Source of the DNA: Candidatus Mediterraneibacter faecavium
GTDB lineage: Bacteria; Bacillota; Clostridia; Lachnospirales; Lachnospiraceae
Direction of reading: 5' to 3'
DNA length: 64,000 bases
Assembly: GCA_019119995.1 (NCBI GenBank)
Contig: DWVY01000001.1
Span: forward strand, 3,472 to 67,471
Made by a program: the position numbers and the translations under genes. Positions 49,122 to 57,590 of this stretch are shown one piece after another. Numbering within the stretch: position 1 is the stretch's first letter; each line of letters begins with the position of its first letter. The notes under the pieces were generated by a model that saw only the letters and a list, made by a program, of their open reading frames with translations, ran no database searches and was not told where the DNA came from.

Positions 49122-51641
49122 ATGAAAAGAAGGGTCGTCAAAGCAGGAGTGCTGATCGCCGTGTTCATCGCGGCGCTTGTGATCAGCAGTCTGGTCATAA
49201 ACAGTGGAACAGATGACGAGATCGTCGATATGGGAGCGCCTACGCTTCCGCGGATTTCATTTACGATCGATGGAACAGAGGTGAATCCGCTCTTCGGTTA
49301 CGTACAGGATATGGATATCACGGCCATGCGGGATACGATCACGCCGCTTAATGCCGACGGTTCGCTTACGATGGATATAGAAGCGGACGGGCGGGAGATA
49401 TCAGATATCCGGTATGAGGTATATTCGCTGGACGGAGAGGATATGTACACGGACGGCAGAGCAGACGTGCCGGCCGAGGGAGAAACGGTATCGCTCTCTG
49501 TCGGGAACATCCTCTCAGGCGACGTGCGGGAGGCAGTCCTTAAGGTGATCCTGACGGTTGACGGGGAAACGGTCAGCTATTATACAAGGATCGCTTCACC
49601 GGCAGACCTGACGATCTCGGAGTGCCTTGCGTATGCACTGGATTTTCATGACAAAGCGATCAATAAAAAAGGGACAGAAGATCTGCAGAGCCATCTGGAG
49701 CCGGGGGAAGAGAGCGATAACACAACGTATCAGACGGTCAATATCCATTCGGACGTCACGCATGTGCAGTGGGGAGATCTCTCTCCGGAGATCGTCGGAG
49801 ACGTGGAGTGGAGCATCAAGGAGAGCAACACGGTATATACTTCGATCCTTGCAAAGTATCAGGTCTCCTGCCAGGATGAAAACGGCGGTACGGCCCTTTA
49901 TAATGTAAAGGAATTCTTCCGCGTGCGGTTCCTTGTGGATACGATCTATCTGCTGGATTATAACAGAGATATGGAACAGGTTTTCCAGGGGGCTGCATCG
50001 GAGTTCGATGACAACGGGATCCTTTTCGGGATCACATCGCAGGATGATATCCAGTATGAGACAAACAGAGATGAGACGATCGCTGCATTTGTCCAGGAGC
50101 GGAACCTCTGGCTGTATAATGAAGATGCGGGTGAACTGACGGAAGTATTCAGCTTCTCAGATCAGGAAGGCAGGGACATGCGGAGCAAGAATGACCAGCA
50201 TGCAGTACGGATCATCAGTATGGATGATGACGGGAATCTGGCATTTGCAGTTTACGGCTATATGAACCGCGGCTACCATGAAGGAGAAGTCGGAGTCGGG
50301 ATCTATTATTTCAGTGTGGATACAAATGCGATCGAAGAGAAAGCATTTATACCGAGTACCAAGTCCTATGCGATCGCGGCGGATGAGCTTGGCAAGATGG
50401 TATACTACAATCACGATCAGTCCATGCTCTATGTGCTTGCGGACGGAACTCTGTATCAGATCGATCTGGACAATGACGAGCAGACGACTCTGGCGGAAGG
50501 GCTCACGGAAGAGCAGTATGCCGTATCGGACGACGGACATCTCATGGCGTATCAGACAACCGGCAGCCCGGACGACGGTGAAAAAGGTGCCGGAGAAAAT
50601 ACAGGAGATAATGCCGCAGAAAATAACGCGGATGGCAGCGCAGATACAGCCGGTACCGGGCTCTGTGTGATGAACCTGAGAAGCGGTGATACGTATACGA
50701 TAGATGCTGCGGAAGGGGAAAGCGTGCGTCCCCTTGGGTTTATCAACGGAGACTTCGTATTTGGAAAAGCGCGTTTGGCAGACGAAGGCGTGACAGCCGC
50801 CGGGGAAGAGGTCAGCCCGATGTATGAGATTGAGATACGGAATTCCGACAATAAGACAGAGGCGCAGTATTCATTTGAAGATCAGGGGATATATACGACA
50901 GATATCCTCATCGACGGAAACCTCCTGACCCTTAACCGGGTCGTGAAAGACGGGGATGCCTACAACTCCACCTCTCAGGAATATATTACAAATAATCAGG
51001 AGCGCAAAGAGACATCCGTTTCGCTGGAGACATATACGACAGACGTCAAAGAGACACAGGTCAGGCTGACATTTGCAGACGGGATCGGAAATGCAGAGCC
51101 GAAGCTTGTAAAACCGGGGCAGATCGCTTCGCGCGAACCGCTCACAGTCACTCTGAGCGGCGGCAGCAGCGGCGAAAAGTTCTACGTCTATGGCATGGGC
51201 GAACTGGTCGCAGTATATGATAAAGCCGGATATGCAGTCCAGAAAGCCAATGAAGTATCCGGAGTGGTGATTTCCTCAAACCAGCAATATGTCTGGGAGA
51301 GAGGAAACAGAGACCTTGTATATTCCACGGATGCGGCGGCATTTGGCAAAGAAAGCGGAGAGACTTCGCTGGCGGCGTGCGAGCGCTATATGGAACAGTA
51401 TGAAGCCCATCAGGTCGATCTGACAGGATGTACGCTGGATCAGGTGCTCTATGTGATCAACAGAGGATGCCCGGTGATCGCACTGGTGGATTCAGACCAT
51501 GCGGTTCTGCTGACCGGATATACAACGACAGATATCACGTATATCGATCCGGATGACGGCGGATCCCATACAACGGGCATGAGCACATTGGAGAAACAGA
51601 CAGAAAGCAGCGGAAATGTGTTCATCGGATATATAAAGTAA
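49122..51641 (+). CDS. Large membrane-anchored acidic hypothetical protein with C-terminal peptidase C39-like region
   Basis: N-terminal TM helix; C-terminal INRGCPVIA...HAVLLTGY...YIDP. Confidence 0.7.
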   Translation: MKRRVVKAGVLIAVFIAALVISSLVINSGTDDEIVDMGAPTLPRISFTIDGTEVNPLFGYVQDMDITAMRDTITPLNADGSLTMDIEADGREISDIRYEVYSLDGEDMYTDGRADVPAEGETVSLSVGNILSGDVREAVLKVILTVDGETVSYYTRIASPADLTISECLAYALDFHDKAINKKGTEDLQSHLEPGEESDNTTYQTVNIHSDVTHVQWGDLSPEIVGDVEWSIKESNTVYTSILAKYQVSCQDENGGTALYNVKEFFRVRFLVDTIYLLDYNRDMEQVFQGAASEFDDNGILFGITSQDDIQYETNRDETIAAFVQERNLWLYNEDAGELTEVFSFSDQEGRDMRSKNDQHAVRIISMDDDGNLAFAVYGYMNRGYHEGEVGVGIYYFSVDTNAIEEKAFIPSTKSYAIAADELGKMVYYNHDQSMLYVLADGTLYQIDLDNDEQTTLAEGLTEEQYAVSDDGHLMAYQTTGSPDDGEKGAGENTGDNAAENNADGSADTAGTGLCVMNLRSGDTYTIDAAEGESVRPLGFINGDFVFGKARLADEGVTAAGEEVSPMYEIEIRNSDNKTEAQYSFEDQGIYTTDILIDGNLLTLNRVVKDGDAYNSTSQEYITNNQERKETSVSLETYTTDVKETQVRLTFADGIGNAEPKLVKPGQIASREPLTVTLSGGSSGEKFYVYGMGELVAVYDKAGYAVQKANEVSGVVISSNQQYVWERGNRDLVYSTDAAAFGKESGETSLAACERYMEQYEAHQVDLTGCTLDQVLYVINRGCPVIALVDSDHAVLLTGYTTTDITYIDPDDGGSHTTGMSTLEKQTESSGNVFIGYIK

Positions 51642-51665
51642 CAGTTTGAGCTGAACTGTATCAAG

Positions 51666-51714
51666 TAAAAAAGCTTCCCGGATGCGGAAAGGCCCGCATT
51701 AGGGAAGCTTCTTT
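51666..51714. terminator. Bidirectional terminator
   Basis: A-tract, AAGCTTCCC...GGGAAGCTT, CTTT. Confidence 0.7.
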
Positions 51715-51723
51715 GTGCGATAC

Positions 51724-51850
51724 GCCCGGCAAGCAGCCGCCATGCTTGCATGAGTGGATATTTGCCGGGCAACGGACAGCGAACGACTTGTGTCGTGAGC
51801 TGAGCGAAGTATCGCGTGAGCGGATGGGGAGGCGAAGCCTTTCCTATCCG
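51724..51850. repeat. Cluster of short palindromes (REP-like)
   Basis: GCCCGGCAA..ATGCTTGCAT..TTGCCGGGC and CGGATGGGGA-GGCGAAGCC-TTTCCTATCCG. Confidence 0.55.
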
Positions 51851-51871
51851 ATTATACTTTCTTGTGAAAGA

Positions 51872-52372
51872 TCATACATTTGTCTTAAATAACAATCCTC
51901 TGTATCTGTTCAGCGCTGTGTACAGGATCAGTCCCAGCACTCCGCAGGATATCACTTCTCCGATCCCGACAGTCAGCATCATGAACGGGATCGGCAGCGG
52001 CACCATGTAACCGTATTTCAACACAAACGGCACAACGAGCACATTTGCAATGATCGGCGGCAGCGGCGCAAGATATTTGCTCTTGTTTCTCAGCATCCAT
52101 GTGAAAACTGCTCCGGCCAGTGTGGCAAGGCTTCCGAAGATGATGTCCGGAAGGATGCATCCGCCGAGGATATTGCTGATGAGACATCCCAGAAATACAC
52201 CCGGGATAGCTGCGGGGGTAAACGCCGGAAGAATGGTCAGTGCCTCGGAAATACGGACCTGGACCTCTCCGTAACTGAATGACGCGCCGATGAGAGTCAG
52301 CACGACGTAGATCGCGGCGATCATAGCCGCCTGTGCTATGAACAGCACTTTGCCTGATTGATTGTTTTTCAT
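51872..52372 (-). CDS. queT: QueT-family queuosine precursor transporter (ECF S-component)
   Basis: AAMIAAIYVVLT, VQVRISEAL, GCLISN, DIIFGSLAT; upstream preQ1 riboswitch. Confidence 0.9.
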   Translation of the reverse strand: MKNNQSGKVLFIAQAAMIAAIYVVLTLIGASFSYGEVQVRISEALTILPAFTPAAIPGVFLGCLISNILGGCILPDIIFGSLATLAGAVFTWMLRNKSKYLAPLPPIIANVLVVPFVLKYGYMVPLPIPFMMLTVGIGEVISCGVLGLILYTALNRYRGLLFKTNV

Positions 52373-52380
52373 TATTCTGT

Positions 52381-52426
52381 TCTCCTTTAGTATTTTTTTA
52401 ACGTGTGGAAGGTCTCGAACACACGG
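52381..52426 (-). ncRNA. preQ1 class I riboswitch (translational)
   Basis: Minus strand CCGUGUGUUCGAGACCUUCCACACGUUAAAAAAAUACUAAAGGAGA: short stem, GUUCG..ACC loop, A-tract and ACUA running into the SD of queT. Confidence 0.82.
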
Positions 52427-52497
52427 CACATTTAACGGCGGTGACCGCCGGCAGACCTTGAAAGACCTTATTTTTAAACCGGTCTGCAACGTGGGAT

Positions 52498-52526
52498 AGT
52501 ATAACACGGCGAGGAGGGAAATTCAA
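52498..52526 (-). promoter_or_regulatory. SigA promoter of queT
   Basis: TTGAAT-17-TATACT with TG extension on minus strand. Confidence 0.65.
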
Positions 52527-52575
52527 GCCGTACCTGTGATTTACCTGCAAAGTGTTGGCGTTTCCTTTTTACTAC

Positions 52576-53133
52576 CTATAAATTTTCTTTGATGTGGATT
52601 GAACTGAAATCAATCTCCAGACCATCATAGATCCCGGCTTTGACAGTGTCGGAAAAGGTATATTCTGCGGTATCGTCAGCCTCAAAGGAATAAACCGTGA
52701 CCCTGCTTTTCTCCGGATCAACAATCCAGTATTCCCGGACACCGACAGTACGGTATTTAAACAGCTTGGTGTAGTAGTCTGTCCGTCTGCTGTCCGGAGA
52801 AACAATCTCAATGATCCAGTCCGGAGCGCCTGTGCAGCCCTTGTCTGTGAGCTTGTCAGGATTACATATAACGCTGATATCCGGCTCCACATAGTTTCTA
52901 TCATCTGCATTCAGGAATACGGCAAACGGGGCGATGTCCACCTCGCAGGAGCTGCCTTTTCTGTCAATGTAATCTGCAATCTTACGATAGAGGGCGCCAA
53001 GTATCTGCTGATGCCTGCGTGTAGGAGGCGCCATCATATACATCTGACCGTCGATCAGTTCAGCCCGCTGTCCGTCCGGCAGGGCATAGATGTCATCAAT
53101 GGTATACTCTTTATTCTGCTGTGGGAATGGCAT
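52576..53133 (-). CDS. Uma2-family putative endonuclease
   Basis: RAELIDG, VEPDISVIC, GAPDWIIEIVSP, GVREYWIVDP. Confidence 0.9.
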   Translation of the reverse strand: MPFPQQNKEYTIDDIYALPDGQRAELIDGQMYMMAPPTRRHQQILGALYRKIADYIDRKGSSCEVDIAPFAVFLNADDRNYVEPDISVICNPDKLTDKGCTGAPDWIIEIVSPDSRRTDYYTKLFKYRTVGVREYWIVDPEKSRVTVYSFEADDTAEYTFSDTVKAGIYDGLEIDFSSIHIKENL

Positions 53134-53329
53134 AGTAACACATCCTTTCATGAGTGAGCTTTAAAATGATTGCATCGTTTCTAGTATTTCTTAATTATAG
53201 CACATATTGCAGTACATGTATAAAAAAGACAGAAATCTGGTAATGTGCGTCTGTTTGGGCAAAATATATAAAAATGGGAACATATTTTTATTATAAACTA
53301 ACAAAGTGGCGGGAAAATGAAAAACAGGA

Positions 53330-53385
53330 TTGCATTTTCAATGCTGCAGTGATATTATAAAGCCATGAGGTTAACCGCTTAACTT
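53330..53385 (+). promoter_or_regulatory. Promoter and LacI operator 1 of the alpha-glucan locus
   Basis: TTGCAT-17-TATTAT followed by GTTAACCGCTTAACTT (53370-53385). Confidence 0.75.
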
Positions 53386-53402
53386 AATCGAAGGAGGTGT
53401 AA

Positions 53403-54404
53403 ATGAGACGAGTAACTATTAACGACATTGCAAGGGAATGTCATACTTCGAAAGCAACCGTATCGTATGTGATCAACGGCAGATACAACAAAGTATCCGA
53501 GGAAATGGTAGAAAAAGTGCAGCGCGCGATCAAGGAGCTTGGATATGTTCCGAGCCTAAATGCAAAGTCACTGGCAGGACGTGGATCGAATCTGATCGGG
53601 GTGATCATTCCTCAGATGGATGTGAGCGAGAAACTGATCTTTGACAATCCTTTTTACAGTGAGTTCCTTTCCGGAATAGAGTACTATTTAAGAAAAGCGG
53701 GTTATGGCGTTGTGCTGAGTGTAGTCACGAGAGACAACCGTTTTGAGGAACTGGTAAAAAAATGGAACCTGGACGGAGCTGTTGTATTCGGGATTGATAA
53801 CGACTCTATGCTGAAACGTCTGGGTGATTACAAGTTTCCGGTTTTACTGATAGACTCCTACATTACCAGTCCGGATTATTACCGAATGAATATCTGTGAC
53901 GAAGAAGCCTGTTATGAGGCAACGAAGTATCTGCTCAGAGGAAAGGGGCGGACGGCGCTGGTCACAGGTCAGATAGGCAAGAGTAAACTGCTGGAACAGC
54001 GGGCATTAGGGTACAGAAGAGCGCTGGAAGAAGCCGGTGAAGAATTTGACGAGAGCCTGATCTTTCAGGGAGATATCACATTTGAATATGGACAGGCTGC
54101 AGCGATGCAGATCCTGAAGCGCGGGGATGTCGGACAGATCCTTGCCACGGCTGATATACTGGCAAGAGGCGTGATAAACTGTCTGCAGAGCAGCGGAAAG
54201 AAAATCCCGGAAGAATATTCGGTGATGGGGTTTGACGACACATATCAGTCAAGAAATATGTATCCGAGACTGACGACCGTCGGACAGAATATTTCCGACC
54301 GGGGCGAAATGGCAGGAAGGCTGATCTTAAAGATCATCAACCACGAAAAAGTGGAAAAAGAAAATTATATGGACTGCCATATCATCGAAGGTGATACGAC
54401 ATGA
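53403..54404 (+). CDS. LacI-family repressor
   Basis: TINDIARECHTSKATVSYVING, NPFYSE, VMGFDD, PRLTTV. Confidence 0.93.
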   Translation: MRRVTINDIARECHTSKATVSYVINGRYNKVSEEMVEKVQRAIKELGYVPSLNAKSLAGRGSNLIGVIIPQMDVSEKLIFDNPFYSEFLSGIEYYLRKAGYGVVLSVVTRDNRFEELVKKWNLDGAVVFGIDNDSMLKRLGDYKFPVLLIDSYITSPDYYRMNICDEEACYEATKYLLRGKGRTALVTGQIGKSKLLEQRALGYRRALEEAGEEFDESLIFQGDITFEYGQAAAMQILKRGDVGQILATADILARGVINCLQSSGKKIPEEYSVMGFDDTYQSRNMYPRLTTVGQNISDRGEMAGRLILKIINHEKVEKENYMDCHIIEGDTT

Positions 54405-54514
54405 AAGAACTGTATTGTATAAAGCATACTCAGGAAAATGAGCAAAGGGCATGGAAGCGGCTATACAATATACAATACAGTTCGAAATAGAACAGTTAAT
54501 TTTTTTGCAGGTTA

Positions 54515-54530
54515 GTTAACCGCTTAACTT
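54515..54530. promoter_or_regulatory. LacI operator 2, identical to operator 1
   Basis: GTTAACCGCTTAACTT, exact 16-bp match to 53370-53385. Confidence 0.8.
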
Positions 54531-54542
54531 GCGGAGGGTGTT

Positions 54543-55415
54543 ATGTACAGATCAAAGAAAAAGATTATTATCACATTTTTGTTTCCCAGTTTACTGGGCC
54601 TGCTGATATTCAAAGTTGGGGCAATGCTGTATTCGCTCTATATCAGCTTTACAGAGTGGAATCTCTTTGGAGATCCGGAATTTGTAGGACTTCAGAATTA
54701 CATAGAGATATTTCATGACGACCGGTTTTATGAAGCGTTGAAAAATACGATCCTGTTTATCGTGGGCTATCTTCCGATCGTGGTTGTCCTGTCGTTGGGA
54801 ATAGCGGTCCTTTTAAACTCAAAAGTAAAAGGGGTAAATGTATTCCGTGGGCTGTTTTTTCTCCCTGTTATCACTTCATGGGTCGCGGTGTCCATGATCT
54901 GGAAAGGACTGCTGAATCCGGAGTTTGGAGTGATCAATTCTGTTATCGAGGCGTTTGGCGGAACAGGACCTGCGTGGCTGCAAAATCCGTTGTTTGTGAT
55001 ACCGGCAGTTATCATGGTCAGCGTATGGAAGGACGTTGGATTTCTGTCCATCATATTCCTTGGAGGACTACAGGGGATTTCCCAGGAGTACTATGAGGCG
55101 TCCAGGATTGACGGGGCAAATAAGTGGCAGCAGTTTAAAAGCATCACGCTTCCGCTTTTATCGCCTACGACATTTTACGCGCTGATCATTACGATCATCA
55201 ATTCGTTTCAGGTGTTTGACCAGATCTGGATCATGACCTCCGGAGAGCCGACAGCGGATCTTGTTCCGGTCATGGTAACGGAGATTTATAAAAACAGCTT
55301 CCAGTACCAGAAGATGGGATACGCAACGGCATTGTCATGGATCCTGTTCCTGATCATCATCGCAGTAACCATATTCCAGAACGTGATGCAGAAAAAATGG
55401 GTTCACTATGAATAG
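54543..55415 (+). CDS. Sugar ABC transporter permease (MalF-like)
   Basis: YYEASRIDGA, ITLPLLSP, FQVFDQI. Confidence 0.93.
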   Translation: MYRSKKKIIITFLFPSLLGLLIFKVGAMLYSLYISFTEWNLFGDPEFVGLQNYIEIFHDDRFYEALKNTILFIVGYLPIVVVLSLGIAVLLNSKVKGVNVFRGLFFLPVITSWVAVSMIWKGLLNPEFGVINSVIEAFGGTGPAWLQNPLFVIPAVIMVSVWKDVGFLSIIFLGGLQGISQEYYEASRIDGANKWQQFKSITLPLLSPTTFYALIITIINSFQVFDQIWIMTSGEPTADLVPVMVTEIYKNSFQYQKMGYATALSWILFLIIIAVTIFQNVMQKKWVHYE

Positions 55416-55430
55416 AAAGGAGGCAAGAGA

Positions 55431-56249
55431 ATGAAAACCGGAAAGAAAAAATGGCTGATCTATCTTTTGCTGGCGATAGGAGCCATTATAATGATCGTAC
55501 CCTTTGGCTGGATGGTCATAGTAGCGTTTACAAAACCTGACATCACGTATCAGATGACACTGAAAAATATTCTGGATTCGCTGTCCGTGAACAGCTTTAA
55601 GACACTGTTCACAGAGTACAGCATGGTAAGATATGCTTTTAACAGCATCATCGTATCGGTGATTTCCACAGCAGGGCAGATCTTACTCTGTGCCATGTCG
55701 GGATTTGTATTTGCCAGGATTGATTTTAAACATAAGGAAAAGATATTTATCCTTTATCTTGCGACTATGATGATTCCGGTACAGGCAACGGTAATCCCGC
55801 AGTATATCCTGGTCAACAAAATGGGCCTGATCAATACATATGTAGGGCTGTTCCTGCCGGGGATATTCAATGCCTTCGGAACGTTCCTGATGAGACAGTA
55901 CTTCATGAGCATCCCGAAAGCGCTGGAAGAGGCGGCCTGCCTGGATGGAGCGGGATATATAAGGATCTTTTTCCAGATCATGCTCCCGCTGGCAAAGACG
56001 GGGATCGCGGTTCTTGCAGTTACAAGTTTTATGGGAGCATGGAATGATTTCCTGTGGCCGCTGCTTGTAGCATCCGATGATCTGCATACGACGCTGCCCC
56101 TGTTCCTGTCTCAGCTTCAGGGCAGATGGTATGTAGACTGGAGCGTGCTGATGGGAGCGACTCTGATCAGCGTGATCCCGATCCTGCTCGTTTATTTATT
56201 CGCGCAGAAATATTTTATAGAAGGTGTACAAAATACAGGTATCAAATAA
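55431..56249 (+). CDS. Sugar ABC transporter permease (MalG-like)
   Basis: IPKALEEAACLDGA, WNDFLWPL, AQKYFIEG. Confidence 0.93.
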   Translation: MKTGKKKWLIYLLLAIGAIIMIVPFGWMVIVAFTKPDITYQMTLKNILDSLSVNSFKTLFTEYSMVRYAFNSIIVSVISTAGQILLCAMSGFVFARIDFKHKEKIFILYLATMMIPVQATVIPQYILVNKMGLINTYVGLFLPGIFNAFGTFLMRQYFMSIPKALEEAACLDGAGYIRIFFQIMLPLAKTGIAVLAVTSFMGAWNDFLWPLLVASDDLHTTLPLFLSQLQGRWYVDWSVLMGATLISVIPILLVYLFAQKYFIEGVQNTGIK

Positions 56250-56263
56250 GGAGGAAAAATTTT

Positions 56264-57517
56264 ATGAAGAAAAAAATGATAGCAGGTCTTCTTGGAGTGA
56301 CAATGGTAGCAGGGCTTCTTGCTGGATGCGGAGGCGATTCCGGTAAGTCGGCGGACGGAACGACAACGATCAAATACGCGACATATTCTGCCGGACCGGA
56401 CCATCTGGAGGACATGGATGCGATGATCGAAGAGTTTGAGAAGCAGAACCCGGATATCAAGGTAGAGGTGGAAGTGATCGGATTTGACGATTATTTTACA
56501 AAACTTCAGACGCAGGCATCCTCTAAGACGCTTCCGGATGTATTTGAGATGAATTATGAGAACTTTAATACCTACGCAGGCAACGGAGTTCTCCTTGACC
56601 TTACCGATCTGGCTGACGGAGATGAAGATTTTTCACCGGACATGCTGACAGGAAACACATATGAATATTTCCAGAATGACGGAAAACTGTACGGCCTTAC
56701 AGAGAAGGTGTCAGATGTTGTACTGTATTACAATAAGGACATGTTTGACGCGGCTGGGCTGGAGTATCCTCAGGCAGACTGGACATGGGATGACCTGCTT
56801 GCTGCGTCTCAGGCGCTGACCAAAGACGGTGTATACGGATTTTACGCTCCGGTAACATATAACGAACTGTACAAGGTGGTCGTACAGAACGGGGGAGCGC
56901 TTTTCGATGAGGAAGGCAATCCGACGATCGACTCCGCTGAGAATGTGGAGGCGCTGCAGTGGATGCTGGATAAGATGCTGAAATATCATATCCAGCCCAC
57001 AACAGAGGAGATGAGCGGAAAAACACCGGAAGACATGTTCAAAAACAGCGAGATCGCAATGGAAGTTACCGGAAGCTGGATGGTGACCACGTTTGCGGAC
57101 GCTCCGTTTGAGTGGGATATCGCTCTTGAGCCTGGAAATACAGAGCAGGTACATCATGTTTTCGCAGACGGTATCGTGGCAAGCGCGGATACGAAGAATG
57201 CCGAAGCAGCATGGAAACTGATCAAGTTCCTCTCTACAGATCCGACGGCTGCAAAGATCCGTCTGGATTCTAGCTGGGATCTGCCGGCAACGAACGATGA
57301 GTCTGTACAGGAGCAGTATACTTCTCAGGAAAAACCGGAGCACAGAGAAGTGATCTTCGAGGCAATGGAGACAGGGATCATGCCTCCTGTGGTAGATCAT
57401 TATGCAGAAGTACAGAACGCGATCAATGAACAACTGAACCGTGCAGTGATCGGACAGCAGTCCGCAGAGGAAGCACTGAAAGCAGCACAGGAAAAAGTTG
57501 CTGATATTTTGAAATAA
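56264..57517 (+). CDS. Sugar ABC transporter substrate-binding lipoprotein
   Basis: Lipobox LAGC, FEKQNPDIKV, LYYNKDMFDAAG; GGAGG RBS. Confidence 0.93.
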   Translation: MKKKMIAGLLGVTMVAGLLAGCGGDSGKSADGTTTIKYATYSAGPDHLEDMDAMIEEFEKQNPDIKVEVEVIGFDDYFTKLQTQASSKTLPDVFEMNYENFNTYAGNGVLLDLTDLADGDEDFSPDMLTGNTYEYFQNDGKLYGLTEKVSDVVLYYNKDMFDAAGLEYPQADWTWDDLLAASQALTKDGVYGFYAPVTYNELYKVVVQNGGALFDEEGNPTIDSAENVEALQWMLDKMLKYHIQPTTEEMSGKTPEDMFKNSEIAMEVTGSWMVTTFADAPFEWDIALEPGNTEQVHHVFADGIVASADTKNAEAAWKLIKFLSTDPTAAKIRLDSSWDLPATNDESVQEQYTSQEKPEHREVIFEAMETGIMPPVVDHYAEVQNAINEQLNRAVIGQQSAEEALKAAQEKVADILK

Positions 57518-57522
57518 CAGGT

Positions 57523-57564
57523 AAATGCCGCAAGCCGCTTTTTGAACAGACTTGCGGCATTTTT
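57523..57564 (+). terminator. Stem-loop after the substrate-binding protein gene (terminator or mRNA stabiliser)
   Basis: AAATGCCGCAAG ... CTTGCGGCATTTTT. Confidence 0.7.
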
Positions 57565-57590
57565 AGAAAACAGACAGGTGGTAACAGGAG

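Noticed and set aside
52373-52507. 45-aa N-terminal extension of QueT in the ORF track
   Set aside because: It overlaps the promoter and riboswitch; the real start is ATG 52372 after AAGGAG
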